Positions 48,001 through 58,233 of a stretch of 64,000 nucleotides of DNA are shown in pieces (position 1 is the first letter of the stretch; each line of letters begins with the position of its first letter). Both the position numbers and the translations under genes were made by a program. This stretch comes from Candidatus Levyibacteriota bacterium. Its GTDB lineage: Bacteria > Patescibacteriota > Microgenomatia > Levybacterales > UBA12049. The stretch lies in contig CP066685.1 in NCBI GenBank assembly GCA_016432345.1, positions 304,236 to 368,235 on the forward strand, read 5' to 3'. The notes beneath the pieces are model-generated. The model worked only from the letters and a program-made list of their open reading frames with translations, ran no database searches and was not told where the DNA came from.

Positions 48001-49515
48001 ATGGACTTTGTTAACAAATACAAAAAAGAAATTATCTTTTTTGCACTCCTTGTACTTTTATTTTTCTTTACTCGTTTGTATAGATTAGATTCGTTACCTA
48101 TGTTTACCGACGAAGCAATTTATGTTCGGTGGTCGCAGATAGCAAAGCAGGATGCCAGTTGGAGGTTTATTTCTTTAACCGACGGCAAGCAGCCAACTTT
48201 TATTTGGACAACACTTATTATGATGCGTTTTGTTTCCGATCCACTGCTTGCTGGACGCTTGGCATCGGTTATGGCCGGTTTTTTCACTATGTTGGGTCTT
48301 TTTTTCTTAGGAAGGGAAGTTTTTTATAAACGCTGGATTGGTTTAATATCCAGCGCCTTGTACGTTGTATTTCCAATGGCGCTGGTGTACGACCGCATGG
48401 CTTTATACGATACAATGGTTGGCACTTTTGCCGTATGGAGCCTGTTTTTAGCAATTCTTCTGGTTCGAAATCTTCGTCTTGATACAGCGCTTTTATTGGG
48501 TTTTAGCGCAGGAGCAGGCGTGTTAACAAAAACATCTGGTTTTTTTAACATCTATTTATTGCCGCTGCTGTTTTTGCTTTTTGACTTCAAAAAACAGAAC
48601 TTGGCGCAAAGATTATTTCGTTTTGTGGGGCTTCTTCTGCTGGTTGTTGCGTTAACACAGCTTTATTATTCGGTGCTTAGACTTTCGCCATTTTTTTATA
48701 TCATTGCCGAAAAAAATGCTCTTTTTGTTTATACGTGGCACGACTGGTTAGATCACCCATTTAATTTTTTCTATGGAAATCTTAAAGGTGTATGGGATTG
48801 GTTTTTAACCTACACAACGTGGTCAGGAGTAATACTAATTTTTGGTTCATACGTTGTATACAAAAATCAGTGGCGGGAAAAGGCGGTGTTAACTCTTTGG
48901 TTTATTATTCCTTTTTTAACTCTGGCAATTTTTGGCAAAACTCTCTATCCGCGTTTTATTCTTTTTATGATTCTTTCTCTTTTGCCGCTTATGGCCTTAT
49001 CGCTTTATTTTCTGTCTGTGCAAAGTATCAAAAAACCGTTTATCGCTTTGTGTTTTATCATAGTTTTTGTTTTGCCGCTTCAGTCTGATTATTTTATTCT
49101 TTTGGATTTTGCTCACTCGCCAATACCCAAATCAGATCTGGGACAGTACATTAATAATTGGCCGGCCGGAGGGGGAGTAAAAGAGCTGGTGGCATTGCTT
49201 AAAGATCAGGCAGCCTATGGCAAAATCTTTGTGGCATCAGAAGGGACTTTTGGTAGCTTACCCACTTATACGGTAGAAATTTATTTAGGAAATAATCCAA
49301 ATATAGACAAACGGGGCATCTGGCCGATAACTGCGGAAATACCGGAGGATATTTTGGCCAAAGCCAAAATTATGCCAACATTTGTGGTGTTTAATAATTC
49401 AAGGTTTCCTCCGCCAAAATGGCCGCTTATTTTTGTGGCAAAATATCAAAAAGGCATCGGGGATGCATATATGAGTGTTTATAAAGTTGATCAGGCAAAG
49501 GTAAAACATAAATAG
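48001..49515 (+). CDS. GT-C membrane glycosyltransferase (ArnT/PMT-like)
   Basis: FTDEAIY, DGKQP, YDRMALYD, LTK; multi-TM. Confidence 0.8.
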   Translation: MDFVNKYKKEIIFFALLVLLFFFTRLYRLDSLPMFTDEAIYVRWSQIAKQDASWRFISLTDGKQPTFIWTTLIMMRFVSDPLLAGRLASVMAGFFTMLGLFFLGREVFYKRWIGLISSALYVVFPMALVYDRMALYDTMVGTFAVWSLFLAILLVRNLRLDTALLLGFSAGAGVLTKTSGFFNIYLLPLLFLLFDFKKQNLAQRLFRFVGLLLLVVALTQLYYSVLRLSPFFYIIAEKNALFVYTWHDWLDHPFNFFYGNLKGVWDWFLTYTTWSGVILIFGSYVVYKNQWREKAVLTLWFIIPFLTLAIFGKTLYPRFILFMILSLLPLMALSLYFLSVQSIKKPFIALCFIIVFVLPLQSDYFILLDFAHSPIPKSDLGQYINNWPAGGGVKELVALLKDQAAYGKIFVASEGTFGSLPTYTVEIYLGNNPNIDKRGIWPITAEIPEDILAKAKIMPTFVVFNNSRFPPPKWPLIFVAKYQKGIGDAYMSVYKVDQAKVKHK

Positions 49516-49517
49516 CG

Positions 49518-51167
49518 ATGAATTTCTTCATCAAAAAACACGCGTACCTTCTGGCTATTTTGCTCTTTTCTTTTCTTCCGTTTATTACCACTTTTGCAAC
49601 CACATTGTATCCGTATACCCAGGATGGCTGGACGCATCTGGCTCGTGAAGGGGCTTTTTTTAAAGCCTTAAAAGATGGACAGATTCCTGTTAGGTGGGCG
49701 GGAGATTTAAATTATGGCTATGGCATGCCGCTTTTTAATTTCGCTTTTCATTTTCCCTATATTGTTGCCTCAAGTTTTATTTTTTTAGGGTTTGGTCTTG
49801 TTGATGCGTATAAACTTACAGTATTGTCTAGTTTTTTGTTATCTGGAATAAGTATGTATTTGTTTGCATCAGAATTTTTTAAAGACAAAAAAAAAGCAGT
49901 GCTTGCGGCAGTATCTTATCAATTCTTTCCATTTCATTTAGTAGATCTTTTAGTTCGGGGTAGTATTGGAGAGCTTTTTGCTTTTGCTCATTTGCCGCTT
50001 CTTTTATATGGAGCAACGCTTTTTTGGAGAAAAAAGAATAGATTTGGGATATTAATTGTTGCTTTGAGCACTGCATTTTTATTACTGTCGCATTTAGCAA
50101 CAGGTGGAATTTTTCTTATAATGGCAATTATTTTTGTGTTGTTATTTGGTAAAGATAGAAAAAGCAGATGGTACTTTTTGATGGCGGTAATTTTAGGATT
50201 ATTGCTTTCGGCATATTATGTGTTGCCAGCAATTTTCGAACATAAATATACCTATGGCGACTTATTTGCTCAAAATTTGTACAAACAGCATTTTGCCAAT
50301 CTTTCGACATTTTTTATCCCTAATTTTTTTAATATTAAGAGTTTGCGAATTGGCGATGTGCCAATACAAATAGGTTTATTTTCCATATTAGCTCTTTTTT
50401 TGTCAGTTATTATTTTTTTTCAAGAAAAGAGTAAGGAAGCCAAAAAACTTTTTTTGTTCTGTTTTTTCTTTTTTACAGCTTCATTATTTTTAACACAGCA
50501 GGTATCATCTTTTTTTTGGGAAAAAATGCCGCTTTTTACCCAATTTCAATTCCCCTGGCGCTTTTTAAGTATTATGGGTTTTGTTTTGTCGCTGCTTTCA
50601 GTCAGTTTTTTATCTATTCCTTTTTTCCAAAAAAAAATAGGGTTTTTAGTTTTGATTTTTGGTATTGTGTTTTCTACAATTTGGTATTGGACTCCACAAC
50701 TAGGTTTTATCAAAATAAACGAAGTTGATTATTGGAATTATCCCCTCAATACCACTTATTTTGGCGAAACAGATGTTATTTGGTCTGCGGGACCTGCAGG
50801 ATCTTATCCTAAAAACAGGATTGATGTTATTGGAGGCAAAGCAACAATTACAGATTTTGTTAAAAAATCAAACCTGCACACTTTTACTCTACAAGGAGAG
50901 ACGAAAAGTCAACTTGTCGATCACACACAATATTTCCCTGGCTGGCGTGTGTTTGTAGATAACAACGAAGTTCCCGTGCAGTTTCAAGACGAACATTGGA
51001 GAGGGCAAATAACTTTTTTTGTCCCAAAAGGAAAATATAATGTTGTTATTTCTTTTGGAGAAACAGCAATTCGCATATTTTCTGATTTATTATCTCTACT
51101 TACAATTATTTTCCTTTTTTTATTTTGTCTTTTCGATCCTAAAATTTTAAAAAGATTTTTTCTATGA
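49518..51167 (+). CDS. PTPS-related/YfhO-like GT-C membrane protein
   Basis: PVRWAGDLNYGYGMPLFNF, RGSIGE, QFPWRF, YFPGW. Confidence 0.75.
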   Translation: MNFFIKKHAYLLAILLFSFLPFITTFATTLYPYTQDGWTHLAREGAFFKALKDGQIPVRWAGDLNYGYGMPLFNFAFHFPYIVASSFIFLGFGLVDAYKLTVLSSFLLSGISMYLFASEFFKDKKKAVLAAVSYQFFPFHLVDLLVRGSIGELFAFAHLPLLLYGATLFWRKKNRFGILIVALSTAFLLLSHLATGGIFLIMAIIFVLLFGKDRKSRWYFLMAVILGLLLSAYYVLPAIFEHKYTYGDLFAQNLYKQHFANLSTFFIPNFFNIKSLRIGDVPIQIGLFSILALFLSVIIFFQEKSKEAKKLFLFCFFFFTASLFLTQQVSSFFWEKMPLFTQFQFPWRFLSIMGFVLSLLSVSFLSIPFFQKKIGFLVLIFGIVFSTIWYWTPQLGFIKINEVDYWNYPLNTTYFGETDVIWSAGPAGSYPKNRIDVIGGKATITDFVKKSNLHTFTLQGETKSQLVDHTQYFPGWRVFVDNNEVPVQFQDEHWRGQITFFVPKGKYNVVISFGETAIRIFSDLLSLLTIIFLFLFCLFDPKILKRFFL

Positions 51168-53524
51168 AAAAAGAATATCTTGCTCTATTTTTTTTAAGTC
51201 TTGTTTGTGCATTATTTTTTTATAAATTTATTTTTTTGGGGCTTGTTCCATTTCCCGGAGACTTGCTTATTGGAGAATACGGTCCATGGAAAACATATTC
51301 CTATTTAGGATATGTGCCAGGTAGTTTTCCTAATAAAGCCCAGTATTTCGATGTTATTCGTCAGTTATATCCTTGGAAAACTCTTGTTATAGATACGATA
51401 AAAAATGGCTCTTTTCCATTATGGAATCCCTATAATTTTTCAGGTAGCCCGCTTTTTGCCAATGTCCAGTCTGCTGTTTTATATCCGTTAAATGTTTTAT
51501 ATTTTATTTTTCCACAAATTATCGCCTGGAGTATATTAGTTTTCGCGCAACCTCTTATTGCTTGTTTATTTACTTATCTTTATGCAAGAAAAATTAATGT
51601 TGGAATTATTGGTAGTCTTTTCGCCGCTATTTCGTTTGGATTTTCTTCGTTTTTCTCGGTTTGGCTGGAATACAACACTATTGGACAAGTTATTTGTTAT
51701 CTGCCAATGGCGCTTTTTGCCGTCGAACAATTTTTTTCAAATAGAAAAAAACGTTTTATTTTATTATTTATATTTTCTCTTGTGTCAGCATCGCTGGCAG
51801 GGCATATTCAGGTATTTGCATACTTTTTTTTCTTTGTGGGAGTGTATATTTTTTTTAGGGCTAAAAGTTTGGGAATATCTTTTCCTTTTGTATTGTTTTT
51901 TTCCATGTTATTGTCTCTTGGTTTATCTTCGGTGCAGTTTATTCCCAGTTTAGAGCTTATCATATTTTCCGCCAGAAACACGCATCCTTATACGGAAATG
52001 GTTGAAAAAATTCTCATTCAGCCCTGGCAGCTCGTTATGCTTTTGGTGCCAGATTTTTTTGGCAACCCGGCAACCAGAAATTATTGGATACCAGATACCT
52101 ATGTTGGAAAAGTAACTTCAATTGGTTTTGTAGCTTTGATTTTTATTCTTTTTTCTTTTGTCAAAAAGAAACCATTTTTTTTCCGTTTTTTTTCTGTTGC
52201 CTCTTTGATTGTGTTAGTTTTTGCAACATTAAACCCCATAACTGCAATTTTATATCGTTTTGATATACCGTTTGTTTCCTCAAGCGCTCCAACGCTTGGT
52301 GTATTTATTTTTTGTTTTTCTATGTCAGTGCTCGCTGGATTTGGTATTGACGTTTTTCTTAGAGATGATAAATTAAAAAACAAATATTGCCCGTTCATCA
52401 TTGTTGGAGGCACACTTTTTGTTTTATGGATTGTTGTTTTTGCTTCCAAATATGATTTTGTTTCCTGGAAACAGATTTATTTAATAGGAATGAAGCCGCT
52501 TTTGTATGCATCGTTGCTTTTTGTTTTGACAAGTGTAGTGTTTTATATTGGATTTTTACTAAAACAAATAAAAATTTTTCTTGTGGTAATATTTCTTTTA
52601 TTGCAAATAGGAGATACATTTCGTTTTTTTCAAAAGTTTAATCCTTTTTCGCCAATACAGTCCGTTTTTCCCAAAGCAGATGTCTTAACGGTTCTACAAA
52701 ACAAAACAGGAATAAATCGTTTTTGGGGCTACGGAACTGCCGCAATTGAGGCAAATTTTGCCACACAGTATCGTCTTTTTTCGCCAGAAGGATATGATCC
52801 GCTTTATCCGAGTTGGTATGGTTCATTTCTTCCATCAACGCGCGACGGTAAGTTGCTTAGAGCATTTACTCCCCAAACCAGATCCGATGCAATCATATCA
52901 CAGGGATATGGCAAAGATAATTTTGTAAATGATTACCGAGATCGCGTACTTGATATGCTTGGTGTGTTTTATATTCTTGATCGAGACGCCAACGGTTTGT
53001 CTGAAAAATCATTCATTCCAGACCGATACCGTCTTATCTACCAAAAGGACGGGTGGAAAATTTTCGAAAACAAAAAAGCCTTACCGCGCGCATTTTTTGC
53101 CTCTCAATATCGTATTTTTACCACGCCAAAGGCATTTGAAGACGCATTTTTTGCCAAATCATTTGATCCCAAAGCGACCGTGTTGCTTAATGAAAATCCG
53201 GGAGTCTCATCTTTGGTAAATGGAGAAGCAGCCATTGTTTCGTATGCGCCGGAAAATGTGGTTATCAAAACAAATTCAGCAGGAGATAGTCTATTGGTGT
53301 TGTCCGATGCCTATTATCCCGGATGGCAGGCAACAGTCGATGGGCAACAAACCCACATATTTAAGGCCGACTATGCGTTTCGGGCAGTTGTCGTGCCAAA
53401 AGGCAGCCATGTGGTTATCTTTACATTTTTTCCATTGTCTTTTAAGATTGGAATAATGCTATCAGTAGTTAGTTTTGCTTTTGTCAGCATATTTGTTTTC
53501 TTTTCAAAAAAACAAAAAATATGA
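51164..53524 (+). CDS. YfhO family membrane protein (GT-C)
   Basis: PLWNPYNFSGSP, GYDPL, ALPRAF, YYPGWQATVDG. Confidence 0.85.
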   Translation: MKKEYLALFFLSLVCALFFYKFIFLGLVPFPGDLLIGEYGPWKTYSYLGYVPGSFPNKAQYFDVIRQLYPWKTLVIDTIKNGSFPLWNPYNFSGSPLFANVQSAVLYPLNVLYFIFPQIIAWSILVFAQPLIACLFTYLYARKINVGIIGSLFAAISFGFSSFFSVWLEYNTIGQVICYLPMALFAVEQFFSNRKKRFILLFIFSLVSASLAGHIQVFAYFFFFVGVYIFFRAKSLGISFPFVLFFSMLLSLGLSSVQFIPSLELIIFSARNTHPYTEMVEKILIQPWQLVMLLVPDFFGNPATRNYWIPDTYVGKVTSIGFVALIFILFSFVKKKPFFFRFFSVASLIVLVFATLNPITAILYRFDIPFVSSSAPTLGVFIFCFSMSVLAGFGIDVFLRDDKLKNKYCPFIIVGGTLFVLWIVVFASKYDFVSWKQIYLIGMKPLLYASLLFVLTSVVFYIGFLLKQIKIFLVVIFLLLQIGDTFRFFQKFNPFSPIQSVFPKADVLTVLQNKTGINRFWGYGTAAIEANFATQYRLFSPEGYDPLYPSWYGSFLPSTRDGKLLRAFTPQTRSDAIISQGYGKDNFVNDYRDRVLDMLGVFYILDRDANGLSEKSFIPDRYRLIYQKDGWKIFENKKALPRAFFASQYRIFTTPKAFEDAFFAKSFDPKATVLLNENPGVSSLVNGEAAIVSYAPENVVIKTNSAGDSLLVLSDAYYPGWQATVDGQQTHIFKADYAFRAVVVPKGSHVVIFTFFPLSFKIGIMLSVVSFAFVSIFVFFSKKQKI

Positions 53525-55161
53525 AACAAAAATATCTTTTCTTTCTCTTTTTTATCATCTTATTTTCTGCAGCATTTCTTAGATTATATAAATTGGGTGA
53601 AGTACCCCCGGGTCCAAATCGAGACGAAGCATCAATTGGCTATACGGCTTATTCTTTATTACAAACAGGAAAAGATGAATATGGAAGGTGGCATCCACTT
53701 TCTTTTCAGTCATTTGGCGATTGGAAACTTCCTTTATATGTATACGCAACAGAAATATTTGTCAAATTTTTGGGTTTATCTGCTTTTGCAATTCGTTTAC
53801 CTTCCGTCATTTTTGGCATAGGCAGCGTTGTTCTTACTTTTTTTCTTGCCAAAAGACTTTCCCAAAGTCTAGCAGTGGCGTTTTTTGCCATGTTTTTTAT
53901 GGCATTTTCTCCCTGGAGTATTCATTTTTCCCGTGTTGCCTCCGAAGCAAATACGGCAGTATTTTTAACTATCACCGCAACCATTTTTTTCTATAAAGGA
54001 TTGCAAAAACAAACATATTTTATAATGTCTGCCATTTTTTTTGCCCTCACGTATTTTACTTATGCTGGAAATTACATTTTTACAACACTGCTAGTGTTAG
54101 GACTGACATTTTTATATCGTGAAGAGATTTTTAAAAAAACATATGGTATTGTGGCCGCTATTTTATTTATCCTACTTTCTATTTCTATCGGTTATATAAC
54201 ATTTTCTGCGAATACCACAAAAATTTCTGGTATTGGAATTTTTGGCAACTCGGCAGTGGTGCATGCACAGATAGAAATTCCCCGAAATGAGTATGCAAAT
54301 CCACAATCCTTTTTCGCGCGGCTGTTTTATAACAGAGTCTCTTTTGCTGCCGAGCATTTTTTTCAAAATTACCTGATGTCTTTTTCCCCGGAATTTTTAT
54401 TTGTTAAAGGCGGCGCTAATCGCGCTCATAACATTGCCAATTTTGGCAACATGTATTTACTTGATGTTTTACCTCTTTTTCTAGGAATCTTTTACTTGCT
54501 ATCTATAAAAAAAAACAAGGAGATAACAGTTGTTTTGTGGTGGTTTTTTATTAGTCCAATAGCAGCAAGTATTACCAAAGACGCCCCGCACTCGGCCCGC
54601 ATGCTTGCTATTCTTCCTATTTTACCGCTCGTTTGTTCTTTTGGCGTCTTTTATTTTTTGTCAAAAATTAGGCAGCGTTATAAACAAGTTTTATATATTG
54701 CTATGGCGGGTTTTATTTTTGCATATGCATACAGTATAGGAATGTATATTGATCGTTACTTTATTCATTTCCCCAAAAATGAAAGCGAAAATTGGGGAGC
54801 AGGATATCAATATCTTACAACTATTTTATCTGCGGACGAATATGTCGGTAAAGAAGTAATTATGTCAAAACCCGAGCATTCTCCATATATTTTTTTATTA
54901 TTCTATTCACGATTTGATCCAAAGATATATCAACAAATTGCCATTCGTTATCCAATAACAGAAGATGGTTTTGTGCATGTTAACGGATTTAATAGATATG
55001 TATTTAGAGAGATTGATTGGGAAAAGGATATGCAAAGATTAAATACAATTCTTATTGAAGAATCTTCATCTGTTTCGGATTCAATTAAAAAAATGTCTAA
55101 AACAAAAGAGATCACACTTTTGAATGGTAAATCCATGTTTACCATTGTAGAAACGAAATGA
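53521..55161 (+). CDS. GT-C membrane glycosyltransferase (ArnT/PMT-like)
   Basis: DEASIGYTAYS, GKDEYG, DWKLPLY, RLPS, SPWSIHFSR. Confidence 0.8.
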   Translation: MKQKYLFFLFFIILFSAAFLRLYKLGEVPPGPNRDEASIGYTAYSLLQTGKDEYGRWHPLSFQSFGDWKLPLYVYATEIFVKFLGLSAFAIRLPSVIFGIGSVVLTFFLAKRLSQSLAVAFFAMFFMAFSPWSIHFSRVASEANTAVFLTITATIFFYKGLQKQTYFIMSAIFFALTYFTYAGNYIFTTLLVLGLTFLYREEIFKKTYGIVAAILFILLSISIGYITFSANTTKISGIGIFGNSAVVHAQIEIPRNEYANPQSFFARLFYNRVSFAAEHFFQNYLMSFSPEFLFVKGGANRAHNIANFGNMYLLDVLPLFLGIFYLLSIKKNKEITVVLWWFFISPIAASITKDAPHSARMLAILPILPLVCSFGVFYFLSKIRQRYKQVLYIAMAGFIFAYAYSIGMYIDRYFIHFPKNESENWGAGYQYLTTILSADEYVGKEVIMSKPEHSPYIFLLFYSRFDPKIYQQIAIRYPITEDGFVHVNGFNRYVFREIDWEKDMQRLNTILIEESSSVSDSIKKMSKTKEITLLNGKSMFTIVETK

Positions 55162-56684
55162 AAAAACAAATATTATATATTTTGCTGTTTCTTGCTGTTT
55201 GCGTTCCAGTACTTTTACCATTATTTCATCCTGGATTTTTTCAAAGTGATGACGGGGAGTGGATGATTATTAGATTTTCTGCTTTTCATCAGGCCATCAT
55301 CAACGGACAGTTTCCGGTGAGATTTTTGCAAAGGCTAAATTTCGGATATGGATATCCTGTTGCCAATTTTCTTTACCCGGGTTTTATGTATTTTGGAGAA
55401 ATACTAAAGCTTTTGGGGTTTGGGTTTGTTGATACAATAAAAATAACACTTGGGATTTCTCTTGTTGAATCGGTTGTTTTTTCTTATTTTTGGTTACGAT
55501 CTCTTTTTGGAAAGTGGCCAGCGATTATAGGAGCTTTTTTTTATCTTTATGCGCCTTACCACCTTTTTGATGTTTACAAAAGAGGATCAGTAGGAGAAAC
55601 GCTAGCTATTGCTATAGTGCCGTTTATTCTCTGGCAAATTGAGCGAAAAAGCTTGTTTTGGACAAGTCTTGGAGTAGCTCTTCTTATTCTTTCTCACAAC
55701 ACACTTGCTGTTTTATTTCTACCAGTAATCATTATATATGGATTTTTACGACGTGCTACAAGCTACGTGCTACAAGCTACGTGCTACGGTCTTGGTCTCT
55801 CCGCCTTTTTTTGGATACCGGCTTTATTTGATCTTCAATATACCATATTTGTCAAGACCCAGGTTGCCAGCTGGCAAACATATTTTTCTCATTATTCACT
55901 TGTTGGTTTATCAACATTTTCGATTCTTTTTATTTCTTTTATTTTTCTTATTTCTGGCAAATTCTTTAATACTTCGAAGTATGGAAAAAATGTGGTGATT
56001 TTTTTCTTTGTTTTAGGCGTAATTTCAGTTTTTTTTTCTACTTCAGCAAGTACTATATTTTGGAGATTTTTACCTGTTTCTTTTGTTCAGTTTCCATTTC
56101 GTTTTTTATCGCTAGCAATTTTAAGCGCTGCTTTTTTGTTTGCTTATATTCTTGATAAAATTAAAGAAAAGAATAAAATGATTATATCCATAGTTGGACT
56201 TAGTCTACTTGGATTTTCAGCAGCTCCTTATATAAAACCAGAAAGCTTTTTTGATAAGGGCGATTTGTATTATGCAACCAACGAGGCAACTACTACTGTG
56301 CAGGATGAGTATATGCCTGTTTGGGTAAAGCAAAAACCAACAGAACATCTTAAAAATAAAATGGAGATTTTAGAAGGAAAAGGAAGAATAAAAAACCTTG
56401 TTTTTAATAATAAAAAAATACATTTTGATCTAAATATGGAAAATAACGGAAGGATAAGAGTAAACACAGTCTATTTTCCAGGATGGAAAGCATATATAGA
56501 TGGCAGAGAAAGTAAAATAGATTACAGTAATAAATATGGCGTTATGGACATTTTTGTTGTAAAAGGCCCAAATGCGGTAGAATTTATTTTTTCAGAAACA
56601 CCAATGCGATTATTCAGCGATGTTATTTCATTTGCAAGTTTGCTTATTTTTTTGGGAGTATCTATTCGTTGGAAAATAAGGTAA
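55158..56684 (+). CDS. PTPS-related/YfhO-like GT-C membrane protein
   Basis: PVRFLQRLNFGYGYP, RGSVGE, LSHN, QFPFRF, YFPGW. Confidence 0.75.
   Translation: MKKQILYILLFLAVCVPVLLPLFHPGFFQSDDGEWMIIRFSAFHQAIINGQFPVRFLQRLNFGYGYPVANFLYPGFMYFGEILKLLGFGFVDTIKITLGISLVESVVFSYFWLRSLFGKWPAIIGAFFYLYAPYHLFDVYKRGSVGETLAIAIVPFILWQIERKSLFWTSLGVALLILSHNTLAVLFLPVIIIYGFLRRATSYVLQATCYGLGLSAFFWIPALFDLQYTIFVKTQVASWQTYFSHYSLVGLSTFSILFISFIFLISGKFFNTSKYGKNVVIFFFVLGVISVFFSTSASTIFWRFLPVSFVQFPFRFLSLAILSAAFLFAYILDKIKEKNKMIISIVGLSLLGFSAAPYIKPESFFDKGDLYYATNEATTTVQDEYMPVWVKQKPTEHLKNKMEILEGKGRIKNLVFNNKKIHFDLNMENNGRIRVNTVYFPGWKAYIDGRESKIDYSNKYGVMDIFVVKGPNAVEFIFSETPMRLFSDVISFASLLIFLGVSIRWKIR
55755..55789 (+). repeat. In-gene alternating heptamer array GCTACAA/GCTACGT x5
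   Basis: Read directly; encodes ATSYVLQATCY. Confidence 0.93.
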
Positions 56685-56691
56685 AAGAAAT

Positions 56692-58233
56692 ATGAAACAT
56701 TGGGGATTTTTTATCATCTTGGCAATTTCTTTTTGGGCGGTAAGATCTCTTTTTGCTCCTGGGTTTTTCCCAATACATGATGATACGCAGGTGGCCCGAG
56801 TTTTTGAAATGGGAAAAGTATTACAGACTGGAGTATTTCCTGCCCGTTGGGTGCCGGATTTAGGGTATGGTTATGGATACCCAATCTTTAACTATTATGC
56901 GCCGCTTGCGTATTATGTTGGTGGAATTATAACGCTTATTGGTGTAGATGCCCTTATTGCCACAAAAATTATGATTGGTCTTGGAGTCCTTCTTGCAGGT
57001 ATTTTTATGTACTTTCTTGTTCGAGAGCTTTGGGGAGAATTGGGAGGAATTATCGCAGCCCTTTTTTATATTTATGCACCATACCATGCTCTACAAATTT
57101 ATGTAAGAGGAGCGGTAGGAGAGCTTTGGTCATATGCTTTTATTCCTCTTGTGTTTTACGGATTGTATAAAATATATACAGAAAAAAAATGGAAATGGGT
57201 AATTGTTGGATCAATAGGATATACCGGAGTAATTCTGTCTCATAATTTAACAGCAATCATGCTTACACCTTTTTTACTCATTGTTATATTGTTTTATTGC
57301 TTCATTTTTTATAAAAATAGGCAACTATACGCTATACGCTATTCACTATACGCTGTTTTACTTGGTTTGCTTCTTAGTGCTTTTTATTGGATTCCTGCTG
57401 TTTTTGAAATGCAGTATACCAATGTGCAGTCTCAAATCGGCGGCGGCGCAGATTTTCGTGATCATTTTGTTTGTTTAAACCAGCTTTGGGATAGCCCTTG
57501 GGGTTTTGGCGGCTCAACAAAGGGATGTATAGATGGACTTTCTTTTAAAATAGGAAAACTGCATTTAATTACAGTGATAATGTCTCTCTTTGTAGTTTTA
57601 AGTTTTATATGGAGGCGGAGATATATACGACTTGGTATCATTCTTTTTTCTCTTGTTGGGTTTTTTGCATCAGTATTTTTGATGTTGGAAATCTCCAAAT
57701 CAATTTGGGAGACAGTTCCGTTGATCGCATTTTTTCAGTACCCATGGAGGTTTTTATTGTTTACTTCTTTTTTTTCATCATTTCTTGTTGGTGCAATAGT
57801 TTGGTTTTTAGAACAAGAATTTGGAAAAGTAAAATACTTTAATACTATTCTGTATTTAAGTACTGCAATTTTAGTGTTTCTTCTTCTATTTTTTAATATC
57901 AAACTTTTTCAGCCGCAGACAATACTGTTAAAAACAGCGCAAGATTATACAAACGACAGAGCTCTCAAATGGATAGCTTCAAAAACATCAGATGAATATT
58001 TACCAACAAATGTCAAACTTCCAATATCTGACTATGATATTCCAAAAAAAAATACAAATGAGAAAAGTGTTGCAGTAACGGTAGAGAATCAAAAAGACCT
58101 ATTTAAACGTTATAAAGATCAGCTTCCTCCTTTGCGATTTGAGCAAACAAATTTAGAAAAGATCGCCAACATATTATCCGTTATTGGTATAGGGGTACTT
58201 ATTATTGGTATAATCTATGCTAGGAAGAAATGA
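56692..58233 (+). CDS. PTPS-related GT-C membrane protein
   Basis: PARWVPDLGYGYGYPIFNYY, RGAVGE, LSHN, QYPWRF. Confidence 0.75.
   Translation: MKHWGFFIILAISFWAVRSLFAPGFFPIHDDTQVARVFEMGKVLQTGVFPARWVPDLGYGYGYPIFNYYAPLAYYVGGIITLIGVDALIATKIMIGLGVLLAGIFMYFLVRELWGELGGIIAALFYIYAPYHALQIYVRGAVGELWSYAFIPLVFYGLYKIYTEKKWKWVIVGSIGYTGVILSHNLTAIMLTPFLLIVILFYCFIFYKNRQLYAIRYSLYAVLLGLLLSAFYWIPAVFEMQYTNVQSQIGGGADFRDHFVCLNQLWDSPWGFGGSTKGCIDGLSFKIGKLHLITVIMSLFVVLSFIWRRRYIRLGIILFSLVGFFASVFLMLEISKSIWETVPLIAFFQYPWRFLLFTSFFSSFLVGAIVWFLEQEFGKVKYFNTILYLSTAILVFLLLFFNIKLFQPQTILLKTAQDYTNDRALKWIASKTSDEYLPTNVKLPISDYDIPKKNTNEKSVAVTVENQKDLFKRYKDQLPPLRFEQTNLEKIANILSVIGIGVLIIGIIYARKK
57280..57358 (+). repeat. Degenerate octamer array (ATTGTTAT-type) followed by heptamer array (GCTATAC-type x5)
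   Basis: ATTGTTAT-ATTGTTTT-ATTGCTTC-ATTTTTT at 57280-57310; ACTATAC-GCTATAC-GCTATTC-ACTATAC-GCTGTTT at 57324-57358. Confidence 0.85.

Noticed and set aside
57832..57864. Weak AATACT-like periodicity, and two-unit TGAAAGA near 25370
   Set aside because: Too degenerate or short to distinguish from AT-rich background.
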